Origin: Monocercomonoides exilis PA203
Lineage: Eukaryota > Protista > Preaxostyla
Length of the DNA: 64,000 nucleotides
Assembly (NCBI GenBank): GCA_001643675.2
Contig: LSRY02000048.1
Coordinates: 62,001 to 126,000 of the forward strand
Direction of reading: 5' to 3'
This document shows, piece after piece, positions 12,802 to 26,966 of the stretch (position 1 is the first letter of the stretch; the number at the start of each line of letters is the position of its first letter). A program made the translations under genes and the position numbers. The notes under the pieces are model-generated. The model was given only the letters and a program-made list of their open reading frames with translations, ran no database searches and was not told the DNA's origin.

Positions 12802-15289
12802 AAATTAACGTTATATTTTATTTATTTATAAACCTCTTTTGAAAAATACAAAAAGATGTGAAAATCGAAAAAAAAAATTTGTTTTTACAAAAAAAATTTT
12901 GAAAGTTCTTTAATTAAAAAGAAAAAATAAATCATGCAAAAAGTTCATTTTGTTTGATATACTGGTTCATTTTTGATAATCAAATTGACTTTTTTTTTAA
13001 AAAAAAAGATCGCAACAGTTAATAATATATTTTTTATCGATCAATTGTTTTTTTTATTTAAAAGGGGATATATACAGACTTTAAAGCTTTTTTTGCACAA
13101 AGCGTGAAAAAATTGATTCATTCATAAATTTATCAATCATTTTCAGATTTCTATATAAATATGATTGTCACACTGTAAACAGGCATCATCAAATCATAGC
13201 AGGAAGTTTACCAACATTTAGCGTGTGTCAAAAAATGAACACCTAAATTTCAAATTTTATTGATCACAAAAAGTTTATCTGAGATACATAATTTTTCAAT
13301 AAAAATGCCTGAACTTAAATATTTTTTCACGTATTTCAAAAAAAATCCACACATATGGGCTCATTCTGCGTTAAGAAAAATTTATTTCAAAATAAATACT
13401 GATTTATCAACGAAACTCAATTTGTTTTTGAAAAACAATTGAAATAAACTTTTCAGATTTCACTAAATAACAATTGCAAAATGGTTTAATCAAATAAAAC
13501 CTTTCCATAACAAAAAAAATGAAATTTTGAATTTTATCTAATTGTTGGATACAAAATGTTTCTATCCAAAATGTTGTTTTTGTTTTTTTTTTTCATTATT
13601 TAATTTATTTATTTTTTTTTTTAGCTAAGAGGTTTGAATTGCACCAATAAACGTTATTGTGAATTATTGACTTTAATGCAAGTATTATAAAAACAAAGTG
13701 TCAAATAATAAACAATCATGGGTCAAATTTTTTATCTGTTGTAACTTTTCATTTGAAAGTTTAAGAATCACACTTCAGATAATATATTTGTATTGAAATG
13801 ATTTGTTATTTAAATATTTTCTATTTATATTTCGAATTGATGAATTATTTTTTAAGAAAGGCATTATTTGCCAAAGAAAATGTGAAAAATTTTAAATAAT
13901 AATCACACATATGAGCTATCGTTTCAATAAAGAAACTATATAAATTCCAGCAAACCTGTATTTTCAACATGTTCCAATCATTCGATTATCATATCCAAAC
14001 TCAACAAAAATTCTTTTCGCAATTTTATTTTTCTTTCGAAAATGCATTTTCAAAGAAAAACTTTTTATTTACTTAAATACAGATTGAACAACATAATATC
14101 TTAGACATTTTTTGCATTGAATAAGAGTTTTTCGATAAATATTTTCATTGCTGATGTTGAATAATTTTTGGAAGAAGATTTAATGATGTGAGAACATTTT
14201 ATAGAGAAAATGATATTTAGAAATATTTTGAACACAAGCATAAAAAAAAAAAAAAATTTTTTTTTAAAAATTCATTTTCTGATAAAAAATAATAGATTAT
14301 CTAAATGCCGGATAATTATAAACAAAAAGATAACGAGAAAAATTTTTGATCTCAAAAAATGCACCAAAAATTATTCAAGATCGAAAAACTTTAATTCAAG
14401 ATCTAAATTAATTATTCGAAATCGGAAAAAAAGATAATTTGTTCAGAATTTCAATAAAAGTCAAAACCAAAAAAGTTTTATTGAAACAAATGTTAATAAT
14501 AACAACAGTTTATTTATTGGAAATGTTTTTCTTTCGTTTTTAACAACTGTTTTCTACTATTAAGACTGATATCAATAGATTCTTTTCTCATTTTTAAATA
14601 TTGAAAATGATATATTTTATCAGTTTCCAATGCAATAAATAAAATGCAAAACATTTCGTTTTCAATGAATGAGATAAATTTCTGCCTTTTTGTGCACAAA
14701 ACAAGATCATGAACTATCCTATCTCTTTTATTTATTTCTTTTATTCCTTAAAATCTCCTGAACATATGTAAAGAGTTTTATTATAACTCAGTTTTATCCT
14801 ATATACTCTATTTCACACAACCAAACACCAAAAAAACATCAGAAAATATTTTTCTTATTGTAATTGACAAATTTCTTTGATCATTTTCTGAAAGAAAAGA
14901 AACTGACATGAGTATGAATTTTTAAATTTTTTTTCAAAAATTTTTGCTAATTAAGGATTTTCGATGTTGAATTAAATATTTTCGATGTTGAATAATTCTT
15001 GCTGTAACACTGATGAATGAATATTAGTGTTGTTTATGCTTGTTTCTTAAAAGAGTTGCAAGAAACGAGTTTTCATATGAAAATGTTGTCAAAGATAAAA
15101 ATAGTTGAGATTTCCAATGTCATTTTCCGCCAATCTTTTCATTTTCAATTTCATCGATGCTCATTTCAATAGAAAAAGACATCAATCAATTATTATTATT
15201 ATTATTATTATTTTTTTTTTTTTTTTTTTTTTTTTTTGCAAAAATATTTTTTTAAATTTTTTGAAAACTATTATTTGATAATTGAGTGA

Positions 15290-16262
15290 ATATATCATTA
15301 TACACAAACAACAAACTTTCAAATGATCGGAATTCTTTCACTATCGAAATGAAATGACCATGAGATATATCTTCACTTTTGAAAAGAACTTGTCTTACTT
15401 GTTGATACGAAGGGCATTCATATGTTTCTTCAAATGACTGTTAAAATTCTGAAGCTGTATATGAATCTGTAACCTTTTAGTGAATATCACTTGATGAAAA
15501 TGCAATATTCAAATGTGGTAGTGAAAAGAATGGATTGTTTGTTTCATGAGACATTGCTAAAACGTTTGGAAATGAAGTGATTCTGATCCAACAAGAGACT
15601 CTATTTATTTTGCAACATGCTTTGTATTTGACTTTGTTTGATGATGATGTTTTTTCAGAGATAAACAAACTATTGAGTCCATCTATGACATTAGAGCTGC
15701 TGATAATAATGCTATTCATATTTGAATCAATCTTCTCAGAAATACTGCTGCAGAATTCACATTGGGAATTCCTTATTATTGAAAGCGAAACTTCTTTGTT
15801 TGTTATCTGATTTATGCATTTGAAAAGATTCATCAATTGTTCATATGATTCTGTAACATTTTGCTGTTCTCTTTTCCCTTTGTCCAGAAAACCATCTGAT
15901 ATATCGATAAGTTTATTGTTTCTAAACACAATTGGTTTCTTATCATTGGCCAATTCATCACAGACATTATTCAACAGATTTGATAATTTGTTGCCACTAT
16001 TGTTTCGAATTGCAAATGTCTTTTGTTGCATTAACACAGATGTCCAACATTGCAAGATTGAGGACAAATAGCACGTGTTTCCCATGCTCTGTATACAATA
16101 CCTTGTGAATTGCTTCAATTGAATATTATTGCTTGTAAGACCGTGAATTTTGGATGGTCCTTCAATATGTCCAGAGATGTTAGAAGAAATCAACGGAATC
16201 AAAGACGGACTTGGAGTGTCACGAATAACGTTTCGATCAGAAAATATTTTAAAGCAATTCAT
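15290..16262 (-). pseudogene. USP/peptidase C19-like gene, disrupted (USP-2), inside the MULE-like element
   Basis: Cys box SMGNTCYLSSILQC and CEFC in ORF 15477..16262. His box SHGHFISIVK...VYND at ~15365-15295, beyond the stop. Confidence 0.8.
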
Positions 16263-17959
16263 ACTGTGTTCATTTTTATCTGTTTCATTCAGATATTCAG
16301 TTTTAACATTTTTAAAAATTCGATTCTTGATTTAAACACAGTTCCTTTTATCTTTGATAGCATTTGGGCAGGTTCGAATTTTGTAATGATATTTTTTTGA
16401 AGATAGAATTTGTTATTTTGAATTTCGTTAATATTATTTATCCGTACACAAATAATATCGATCCAAGGAGATTCGTCTGACTCTTTTCATAATCTTTTGA
16501 GATTTTTTGATTTTGCTTTGTCCCAGAAGAAATCGAAATTTCTGTTGAGTGATAATGCATCAAGTTATTTTTTTATTCCACTTTTTGTATTTAATGTTCT
16601 TAATGATGAATGGAATCGAAACACAAATGATTTTATTTCGGAAAAGTGTCTGAATAATTCTCTTCCGTAAAAGATTTTTTTGAAAAAACACGTTTATTAT
16701 TTCCATGAATAAGTTTTATTACATAAAAATTTATTTGACAATTCAGAGAAGAAAATCCCAGAAAAATAACCAGTTAAAAAAAAAGCAACTTGAAAAGTTT
16801 TTAAAACCATTTTTTGATCTTGAACCAAAGGATATGTAATAATAACGATTCATAACTCGTTCAAATGTGAATTCACAAACCAAGGATAAAAATTCTTTGT
16901 AATTTTCAGCAATGCGGAAAAATAAACAATTTCAAATATTGAACATCTCCTTCACCTCGGAAAATGTGAATCCACGTCAGTTAGTGTCCATCACTTTTAT
17001 ATTTTATTTTATGTTATTTTATTTCTTTTTATTTTATATTTATTTATTTATTTATTTATTTTTATTATCGATTGGAATAAACTATTCTTTAATAATTATT
17101 TATTCAAAACAAAACACTTTTCAATATTTAAAATTTTTCAAATTAATATATTAACATTTATTTTTCATCAACAAACCTTTGAAAAATATTCATTTATTTC
17201 TATTCACTATTTACGCTTGAGGGAAGTCACAAAATTCGCTGTTTGAAAACATCAAGATTCTTAAATTTATTTGTTTGTGTAGAAGGGACTTTATTTTCTG
17301 TGTCTTATTGTTTTTATTTTTCATTTTTTTAAAGCTTTAAACCTAAGTGGTTTTTTCACGTTTAACATAATTTTTTTTCGATTGACATAATTATCATTAT
17401 TTTAATATTGCTTCACTGCAATTCTCAAAACACAATTCATTCCTTTTTATTTTATAATTGATTATTATAACAAAATAAATTCATTTGATTTGTTGTTTAT
17501 GAAAGTTGTGACTTTCCATAGTTATTGTCCATGAATATGAATAAAAACTCTTTATTTTGTACATGCAAAAATTTTTGCACACATAACAGATTTCCATGTG
17601 GCACTCCCTCTGCTTTTTTCTCTTCTCCTCTTCCAAACTCCTCCTTCTTGTAAATGAGTTATGCCAGCTTCCTCCCTTCATTCACAATCACCGCTCCAAA
17701 CGGATTCTCGCAACTGGGCATGGGTTCTTCTTCTTCCTTCCAAATGCCACTTCCACACTCTTCTGCTCCGCAATCCTCGATCCCATTTCAATTCTTCTTC
17801 TCATTTCAATTCCACTTTCTCCTCTCCTCCCTTCTCTTTTCTCTCTTTTCTCTCTTTTCTGTCCTTTCATCTTTTCCATCTTCCCTTCATCCATCCATTC
17901 CTTTATTCTCATTGCATTATTTTTTCCCTCACCTTCACATCCTCCTCCCTCACATATTC

Positions 17960-18940
17960 CCTCTCCACAAATATCTGCTTCACACGCTCAAATACTGAAT
18001 ATCACATCTACCGGTTCTGTTGCAGAACCTTCTCCCTCGACTCCACCAGATGCTGTGACTGTTCACTGCACCACACAATCACGAGCACCACCGCACTCAT
18101 CCCAATGACCAGGATGATCGGTCTCCAACACCTTTCATGCAGACTCTGCCTCCTCCCTGCCCCTGCGCCTTCACACTCAAGCAAAATTGATGCTATCGCG
18201 TTAAACTTTCTTCCTTTCTTTTCCTCCTTTTTCTTCCTCCTCCCCTGTCCTCCCTTCTTCATCTTTTCCACCTGCCCACTCCTCCACAGCCAGCTCCTCT
18301 TTCAAATACACTCCACACACCACAGCCTCCTCTTCCACCCCGCTCTTCTCAATCTCCTCCCGTCCGACCCTCCCATTCCCCCGCCGTTCGGTGATCTGCC
18401 CTGTATTATCCGAACAGTGCGTCATAATCCGTTCTTCTCTATTAACCCCACACACAAGTGTTAGGATGTGCAGACAGCACTGCATAGCTCCCTCCACACG
18501 AACGGCAGCTGCATCTCCCCCCCCTGCTGATCTCTCAAACTGATCAGCACTGCCAGAAAGGACTCACCTATTGCACCCTGAATTCTTCCCCTTCGCACGC
18601 TCTCTCAGCCCCGGATCGCATCCAACAAGCTCTTGCTCTGTTCTTCCAACATCACAACGCGCTTCTCAACCTCCAGCATCCGCTTCCTCCTTTTTCCCGG
18701 AATTCAGCTCCCATTCGCAAATATCAGTGGAAACCCTTCAACATGATATGTCTTCTCCGCTTTGTTATCCAGATTCTCCGCCAAAACTTTCAGTGTCCTA
18801 TACATCCGCTTCTCTATCAAGCCAATAACTGTCGAAGATGCAAACTTCTCGTTCCCCTGAACAGCCTTTTTCTTATGACAATCAGTTCCTTAACGAAAAC
18901 TGCTGTTTATGTTTTCATAAGCATCTCGTTAGTTTGCTGA
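17960..18940 (-). pseudogene. GC-rich host-like gene fragment inside the MULE-like element
   Basis: Compositional shift; broken minus-strand ORFs (18201..18497, 18008..18271). Function not recognised. Confidence 0.4.
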
Positions 18941-21110
18941 ACCTTTTCATGAAAAACCAGCTCTCATAATCCAAATGAATTAAAAAAAAAATTAAAATAA
19001 ATTGAAAAAAAGACAATAATTCACAATCCATTAATATCAGAAAATAATGAGTTCAAAACTTAAAAAAAATATAATTTGTTAATAACACAAACATTTGAAA
19101 TAATGTTCAATCGACTTTTTTTACTTCATTGACCTGCTGTGGCAATAGTGATGTAGTATTTACACCGTCAAAAAATGATCACGATACAACCTATTGTTTA
19201 TTAATTAATTGAAAATAAGATTTAATTATTCACTGCATTTATTTTTTTGATGAAGGAAATTAATTTTTTTTCATGATTGAACATATTTGTTTTTTCGATC
19301 ACGTCACGACACTCCAAAAATGTTCACGTCAGAAGGCATAGGACGTTGGTGTTTATTAAATATTATCAAAGAAATGGTTTTTTATTCAAAAATTACAAAA
19401 TTATCGAATTTTTTCAAAAATGACTCCACAATCTCATGAAATTGCTGTGGAATAAAGAAAATATCAAAGAAAAAGACAAATTTCTGTTCCAGTAAAATTT
19501 ATAGAAGGAAAAAGAAATACAATCAAATAAGAATATGTTGTATATTTTGATAATATGTTTAAGTACTCTTTTAAAATAAATATTCAATATTCAAAATGAA
19601 AGAAAAAGAAAAAAATAAATCATTTTCAATCAATAGAGGTTTATTGAAATCAATGAAATTTTCGAGAAATTGCATTATCACAGATGAATTAACATGAAGC
19701 AATGAGCATATTAGCATGAATGAAATTTCAATATTTATTTTCACTGTTTAAAAAACCAGTTTAGTAAATAACTATAAATAACACTTAAAAATTAAAGTTT
19801 CATGTTGTTCTGCTCGTTAAATCTTTTGCATGTTCATCTTCTCTGCTCGTTCCTCGCTCATCACTTTATTCTCCTCAACTCTTTTCTTTTCTCCGCTTTC
19901 AGACGATTTTCTTTCACCTGATTAATTAAAGTTGCATCAAAACTTGAAAATATGAAGTTCAAACAACAATGAATATTGTGAATAATATGAAAACTTTGAA
20001 GCCAAAATGAGATTTGGAAAATGAAAGAATACAAAAATTTTTCTATCTATTCTTTTCGAATTATTTTATTCCATGCAATTCTTTTTTGAAACTGATATGG
20101 GGAAAAATATTTTCCTTCATGCATTTTCATTGAAAAATTATGCCCTTTTTATTGACTTTTTTCTATCAAAAAACACAATAAAAATGGGTACTTTTTTTGA
20201 CATTCGTGAAATGACACAATGACTTATGTTTCGATTTCAATGATGCCTGTTTTCGTACATGAAAATCAAATTCATGATGAAATCTGAGAAAGTGAAATTA
20301 AGTTACGTGTGAAGCAATTTTTCAATGCCTTGAGCAAAAAAAGCTTGAAAGTCCGTATTTACCCCATATTTAGAATAAAATAGGTTATAATAAATTCTTG
20401 GGATAATGATTTGAAAATGCATTCTAACTATATTGAGAATCAAAACATAAGTTATGGAAACAAATGATAAAAGAAACATTAAAAAAAATAAACTCTATAA
20501 TTTTATTCAACTTAATAAAAACATCAAAAAATCAAGGAAGAAAAAGCATTTATGTGATTTATTTCACAGAAGTTAATTCAAAGAAAACAAAAAGAAATCT
20601 CTATTTTAATTTTAAAGAGAAAATGAAAAACTTCTCATTCAAAAAAAAAAAAAAAAAAAATGGACATGTTTTTCACGTTTTTTGAAGACATAAGTGAAAA
20701 TTATACTACTCTCTGTTTGAATTTTTTTCAGAATTTGAATATAGCAGAATTAATCCACACAATATAACGAAGCGATTCAAGGAGGGAAATTGTGAAATTC
20801 GATCATGAAATTCTCGATTTTAATAATTGATCAAGAATCTCATAATTATTTTTTTCATTATTGATCAAAAACATTATTTGAATATAAATATCCGAGAATG
20901 TCAAAATTTGCATATTCTTATTAATATCGTTAGTGGAAACACAAGTTATGTTGTAATCAATTCGAATGATATAAATACAACAAAACGAGATGTATTGCTG
21001 TGCTGATTTAAATTTTAAGAAGAGGATAACAAGCTTTTCATATAGACAAACCACACAAGACAGAAAATAATTTTATCTCCAAAGGAACGTATATTTTGTC
21101 ACAATAGCAA

Positions 21111-22363
21111 TTGTCTTTGAAATGGTGGAGGGATGATGTTGTATCTGACTGTGGTTCACACGACTTCTCAATAAATTCCGTTAGCTTTTCAGGTTGCACT
21201 GATTCATTGGGAGGGAATTATGTGTTTGTGAATCGGAGCGACTCAGCGAGTTGGGGAATAACAACAGAAAAGCTGAATCCACGATATGACGATTCAAAAT
21301 ACAATGAGCTCAGGGGATTAAATCGGAATGATTCAACAATGGGGCTGTTCCCACTGAATGTGTATTTGGATTCATATCCAGATGCAGCACATGTGGGGAA
21401 GGGGAAGGATGGGGTGGGTGGATACGACTCGTGGTTCTGTGGGTTTGACTATTATCCGTGTGCCACCATCACACATGCAGCACAGGCGAGATATCCCGAC
21501 ACAAACAAGAAGATCGAATTGGATTCAGGATATGAGCTTGCTGAAGTTGTTGGAATGACAGATGGCCATGAATGGGAGATTTCATGTGTTGAAAAGGGAT
21601 AAAAGTTGATATGAAAGCACCAGAGAATTCTGAGTCATCTTGTCTGATAGATGTGTTGAGCAAATGTTCAATAAGAATCATAAAGTTTTGTATTCTATCT
21701 GCTCTATCTTGTGCATCATCATCATCTCTGATCACATCCAACTCCACACTCCTCGGACTTACTGATTGTTCTATCATTCATTCGTTTGAAAATTCAATTG
21801 GATACATTTTTGTGATTGTGATTGGGAGGAAAGTGAAAGTGGAACGATTATCAATAAAAGAGACCTTGACATTTGGAGAACATTCACCGACTGAGTTTTT
21901 TGAATGCGTTGATGTTGTGTATTTAAAAGGATGCAATATTGCAAGCATCGAGAAGAGAAGTGGAGATGGAGGAGGGCTGAATGGAGTGGTTGGAGTAGAG
22001 AGAGATGAGGGGAAGAATGGGATAATTGTGATTGAGTCGTGCGTTATGAAGTGGTGCAGGTGTGTTAGTGGAAGAGGAGGAGGGATGTGTGTTGGTGTGA
22101 AGGGGGAAGGAAGTGTTGTTGTGAATTGTTCAAGTTTGATTGATGGGTGTGAGGCGAAGTGTTCAAAGGATAGTTCAAGTGGAAGTGAAAGGAGAGGTAG
22201 AGGAATGATGATTGTAATGGAGTGGAGGGATCGAACAATGAAAATTGAATCGGGAAGTGTGAGTTTGTTAGTGTTTGGAGAGAATAAAGCATCTTCTTCC
22301 TATGGAATTGTTGTGATGAATCATAATTTAACCGTTTTTGATGATGAAGATTATTTGGATTAA
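21111..22363 (+). pseudogene. Fragment of large Cys-rich, beta-helix-like putative surface protein family, inside Merlin element 2
   Basis: CGFDYYPCATITHA motif and GGG-x-hydrophobic repeats; frameshift at ~21600 between ORFs 21111..21602 and 21611..22363. Same motif class as 42637..43605. Confidence 0.65.
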
Positions 22364-22499
22364 AAGAAGAATAAAGAAATTTCAAATGGATTTTCATGAT
22401 GCACTTTGATAATTTCTATTTTTTAACATCTTCTTTATAATCGCATTGCAAGACAGTATATGATGTAATTGAAAAAGTTCAACAATCGATTGATTATTC

Positions 22500-24047
22500 A
22501 GCGTGATGTGATTAATGTTGTTTGATAAGAAAACAATGGAAAAAGATAATTACAACATTATCGGTTTTGTTGTTGTGCCAATGCTTTTTGACTTCAGCAA
22601 GCTTCGAAGCATTCGCCTTTGAGTCAACTGTCTCAATTGTCTCAATTTATTTTTCATTTTTGTTTTACTGTTTTCAATCGTTGCGCAATAAAGAATTCTG
22701 TGTTTTTTTTGAACATGTGAATTCCATGAGTCTCAATGTTCGAAAGATATAATAGCTTTGTTGAGTATTTACTTTTTCGTTTCTTTATGAGTGAATTATC
22801 TTCATCATCATCTTCTTCTTCTTCGTCGTCTTTCTTTATCTCATCCTCCTCCTCCTCCTCCTCATCTCTCAACTTTTCATCCTCTTCATCAACTTCTTCC
22901 TTTATTTCATCATCATCAAAATCATTATTGTCACCAAAGTTTTCAAGGAAGTGTGTTTTTGTTGGATCAAAACTTGAATCATCATTTATTGTTTCACTTT
23001 TTATTTCAATTTCATCAATTCTTTCGAGCATTTGTTTTTTGAATATCATTTCGATATCAGTTGCATCAAACAATTCGATTGGTATTTCCTCTTTTTATGT
23101 TTTTTCCTTTTTCCTTTCACACAATTCTTATCCTTTGTCTTTTTCTTCTTTTCGGAGTTTGGATATTCTGCCTTCACACTTCTCATATGTATATATGAAT
23201 ACCTGTTATTCTTTTGTGTTGATTATGAAGAAATTGCTTTTCATTTTCTACAGATAATTAGAAATATTTTTCTATAGACATGTGAATCTATGAATTCCTT
23301 TTTATTTGATAAGTTCTTCTTTTTCTTGGTATGCAAGCATTCACATGTGACCACATCCATTCAATTGTTTGTATGTGAATTTTTCTGTTAATTTTATTAA
23401 CAAAGCTTTTTGAGTGATTCAGACTTTGCATTTCGTAACTTTTTTTTCAACAATGCTGAAAGCAGACCACATATCTGAATAAACAGTTTGTGATTTATCG
23501 ATGTCTTTTCTCATAATTCCTATTGCGACTGTTCATTTCTATTTGGAAGAAAGTCTTGGTTTTATTTCTGTTTCTGTACTTCTTGTTTTCATTCCATTGC
23601 ACCCCAAAACCATTGTTGTTCTTTAACTCTTCAAACGTTTTTTTTTTTTGCTTTTTGAAGTTTTGTATAGTTCATTTCCATTGTTTTATTGATGCAAATT
23701 TTGTATGAACAATTCAGTTCAAAACAGGCACAAATTCTTCTCATTTATTGATTGAATTTTATTATTGTTTTATTTGATAAATTTGTTTCTGTTATCTTTT
23801 CATTTATCTCGTCCCGATTCCAGTAATGGAACAAAAAGCACATTGGAAAAAAATGATGATAATTTTAATCCATTGAAAATTGTTTTATTCTTCCAAAAAT
23901 ATTCCTTTTTGCATCTCGAATATTGAAATGAGTTATTGCTTCAAACATTTCTCCATTTCTTTTGTAATTTGTTGACACCACATTTATGACATTAAATACT
24001 TTTGTTAATAATGCCATATTCCTCAAACAGTGAAAAGAGGTACTCAT
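22500..24047 (-). pseudogene. Merlin/IS1595 transposase with acidic tail, disrupted
   Basis: Minus-strand motifs QQWFWGAME (~23615), VYSDMWSAF (~23480) and SLNHSKSFV...IHIQTIEWMWSH (~23425-23343), homologous to the 2745 copy. Acidic tail in ORF 22654..23073. Confidence 0.78.
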
Positions 24048-25335
24048 AGCTCCCTGATGAATTAATTACAAAAAGTGTGAATGTTGGAAATTTGTACTTT
24101 TCTGATTCCTCTTGTATGGATTTGATAAGTATTCTAAATTTTCAAAAGTTTTTAATTTGATTATTTAATAATGTTTTTGATCAATAATAAAAATCGAGAA
24201 TTTCATGATTGAATTTCACAATTTCCCTCCTTGAATCGCTTGATTTAATTATATAGATTAACGCCAAAATATTCAAATTCTGAAAAAAATTCAATCAGAA
24301 AGTGGTACAATAAACACCGATGCCTTTTTGATCACAAAAAGATCATCTTTTGTGTGTGGTTTTTGTATGAAAATGCTTGAAGTTTAATATTTTTCCCCAA
24401 ATAATTACAAACAATTACTGGGACCAACATTTTTTTTCGTTAATTCAGGAAAAACATTTTTAATTTTCAGATAAAAATTTTGAAATTCCAGTTTCAACAA
24501 TAAACTAAGACATATGAAACAGCTATAATAAAATGAGAGAAGAAGTCAATAATGTTAAAACAGTGTTAAACTCAACAGAATTTTTAAAACAAAGAAACAA
24601 ACATTTGAAAAATTCGATATAAAAAATATCCTCAACACAAAATGTACTCAGACTCATTTTCTAAATGATAATTATGTCGTTACAAAAGAAATTATAAAAA
24701 ATTCATTTTTCTGGAAATTCAACATAAGTCAATTGAAGAATTTTTCAATATAGTTAATGATTTGTTTTATGAAAAATTTACAAATGAAACTTTGTGAAGA
24801 AACGATGACGAAAATTTTGATCCAGATAAAGATGAGGAAACAATAGTTAATTTTGATAATTATCATTTTGTTAAAAGTCAGATTACAAGCTTTGGAAGTG
24901 GGGATGGAGTGGAAACAATGAATAACCTCATTCTAAAGAGTTTTCTATCTTATTTTTTCTTTTGTCACATTCAAATAAAAAAGATAATCGATTAATTGAT
25001 ATTTGATAATATATTTAAAAGGAAATGAAAATACAAAAAATTCACAACAATAAGGTAATGTTATATAATTCAATGAATTTTCCAAAAAGTTTAACAGGGT
25101 TGAAAGAAATGTCAAATTTTATTTGCAGAACACCATTAGAATTTATGCAATTTTATTCATTAACATTAAATAATATTTGAAAAAGTGGAAATATGAACAA
25201 AACGTAATTTTGATAAATTTATATCGATATAATTGATTCAACGAAAACGACAAAAATGCTGTGTGTGAAAAAAATCGAAAATAAACTTAATAATTGAGCA
25301 TTATTGTTTTCCTGATTTCTGAAACTTCATCATTA

Positions 25336-26897
25336 ATGTCTCAATATCCATTTTTCGATATTTTGAAGAGAGTGGAAAATAGGAATGATATGTTGGCTCA
25401 TTCAGAGATAAAAACTTAAGATGATCAACAATCAATCATCGATAAATTTTGTAAAAAATTTACTGACCCATCTTTCGGTTTTCACCGACTGACTGGGTTT
25501 GTTCGTTATGAATTCGAATTGCTTCTTCGTCTTCTCTCATCATCAGCCCAACCTCATCGTGGAAGTGCAAAGTCAATCGAATCTTTGGATGAACAACTTT
25601 TTCTTTTGTAAGTTTTTCTTCACCACGGCTCCATTTCTTTAACTCCCGTCATATCTCAATCAAAACACGAATCTCAAACATCAACTGTTCGACTTCTTCA
25701 TTCAACAGCATCAAATTTAAAACCTCAACTTGCAAATCTTTTTCTTTCATTTCGTCCAGATCGTCCAAAACAAATGAAGGAGGTGGGAATTGTGCTTGAC
25801 TGCACAGTTATTCCAACAAACAAACCTGTTGGGAGGTTGGAGTTTGGAAAAAAATATTATACAGGAAAACACCACATCTGCAATGTCAAAGTAGAGGTGG
25901 GAGTTAACCCCAAGGTGGGGACAGCAAGTACAATAAGTTCTATCTACTCTGGGTCAACTCACGATTTCACTATTTTCAAAGAACATTACCCCACATTTGT
26001 TCAAAAGCTTGGAGGAACAAAGATTTTAGCTGATTTTGCTAACATAGGAGCGAAACCAGAGCTTGGGGCGATTATTGCAAAGCCAGTTGGAACTCCTGAA
26101 CTTGCATCTCATCGCGTTATCGAGAAAAGATCATTCGGAAGACTCAAAATACTCTTCACCGTCTTCAGAAAACCTTGGACATTTGATGTTGTGAAAGTTG
26201 CAGACTATTTTTTTGCGTTGTATGCTGCCTAACAAACTTTCATATCTTGCACAATCCACTCGCAAACAAGGATTTTGAGGCTAATTCATTGTTTTTGGAG
26301 GAGTTATATTCGAATTACTTGAGAAAAGCAGATGCAAAGAAGGTGGCTAATGCTAGATATTTCGCCAAAATGACAAATAAACTCAATCCAGAAAATACCC
26401 TAACACCCACAATAACTACAATTTTGGCAGAAACAGGAGGCTTATCTTTCACTTTTTTACCATTATTTTTTATTTTCTTTTACTATTTTTTCATTTTTAT
26501 AAACATCATTTTACCATATTTTTTTATTTCAGATGCTTCTGATGATGATCTGAGGTCGTTCGAAGCAGAAAAAGCGAAAGAAAGAAGAGAAAGAGCGAAC
26601 TGCGAAGTTTTGGAACAAAGAAGCGAGCAAAGGGAACAGGTTTTAGAAAAAGAAAGAAAAGATTTTGATGAAGATCAAAATTGTGATAATTCACAAGCTT
26701 GGCACCTGCCACAGCAATGGAAATCTATTAGTATTTTTTCTCCATCTTCAACTCAGCCTTTTCCTTCATTTACACAAACACAACCTTCTTCTTCCTTTTC
26801 ATCATCATCTTCATCTACTGCTTCTTCTTCATCTTCTGCTGATTCAAAACAAAATAAACCCTCATCTGTTCTCCAATTGTTACTGAATAAAAAGTGA
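25336..26897 (+). pseudogene. IS5/ISL2EU-like (DDE_Tnp_4, PIF/Harbinger-related) transposase A, disrupted
   Basis: HTH-like RLTGF..EF...DEQLFL, then VLDCTVIP, YYTGKHH, GSTHD, ILAD, HRVIE..FGRLK. Two in-frame TAA, a frameshift at ~26230, and a probable intron at ~26440-26532. Confidence 0.85.
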
Positions 26898-26966
26898 ATA
26901 TCATTTAATTTTTCTTTGACTTCTTTTTTCAACCATCTCATCTTTTCAATAATCTCTATTAATTAA

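Larger units (their letters stand above)
13064..20365. mobile_element. Long-TIR Mutator-like (MULE) non-autonomous element, 7.3 kb
   Basis: Diverged ~170-180-bp inverted repeats at 13064-13243 and 20185-20365, both starting GGGG. 10-bp flanks TTATTTAAAA / ATATTTAGAA (8/10). No transposase recognised. Confidence 0.7.
20687..24324 (-). mobile_element. Merlin (IS1595-like) DNA transposon, 3.6 kb, with cargo
   Basis: ~150-bp TIRs at 20687-20835 and ~24175-24324 (right end read inward GGCATCGGTGTTTATTGTACCA). 8-bp TSD TTTTTGAA / TTTTTGAT. Confidence 0.85.

Noticed and set aside
24720-24950. Acidic coding-like fragment (DDENFDPDKDEE) resembling a Merlin tail
   Set aside because: Too short and degenerate to assign.
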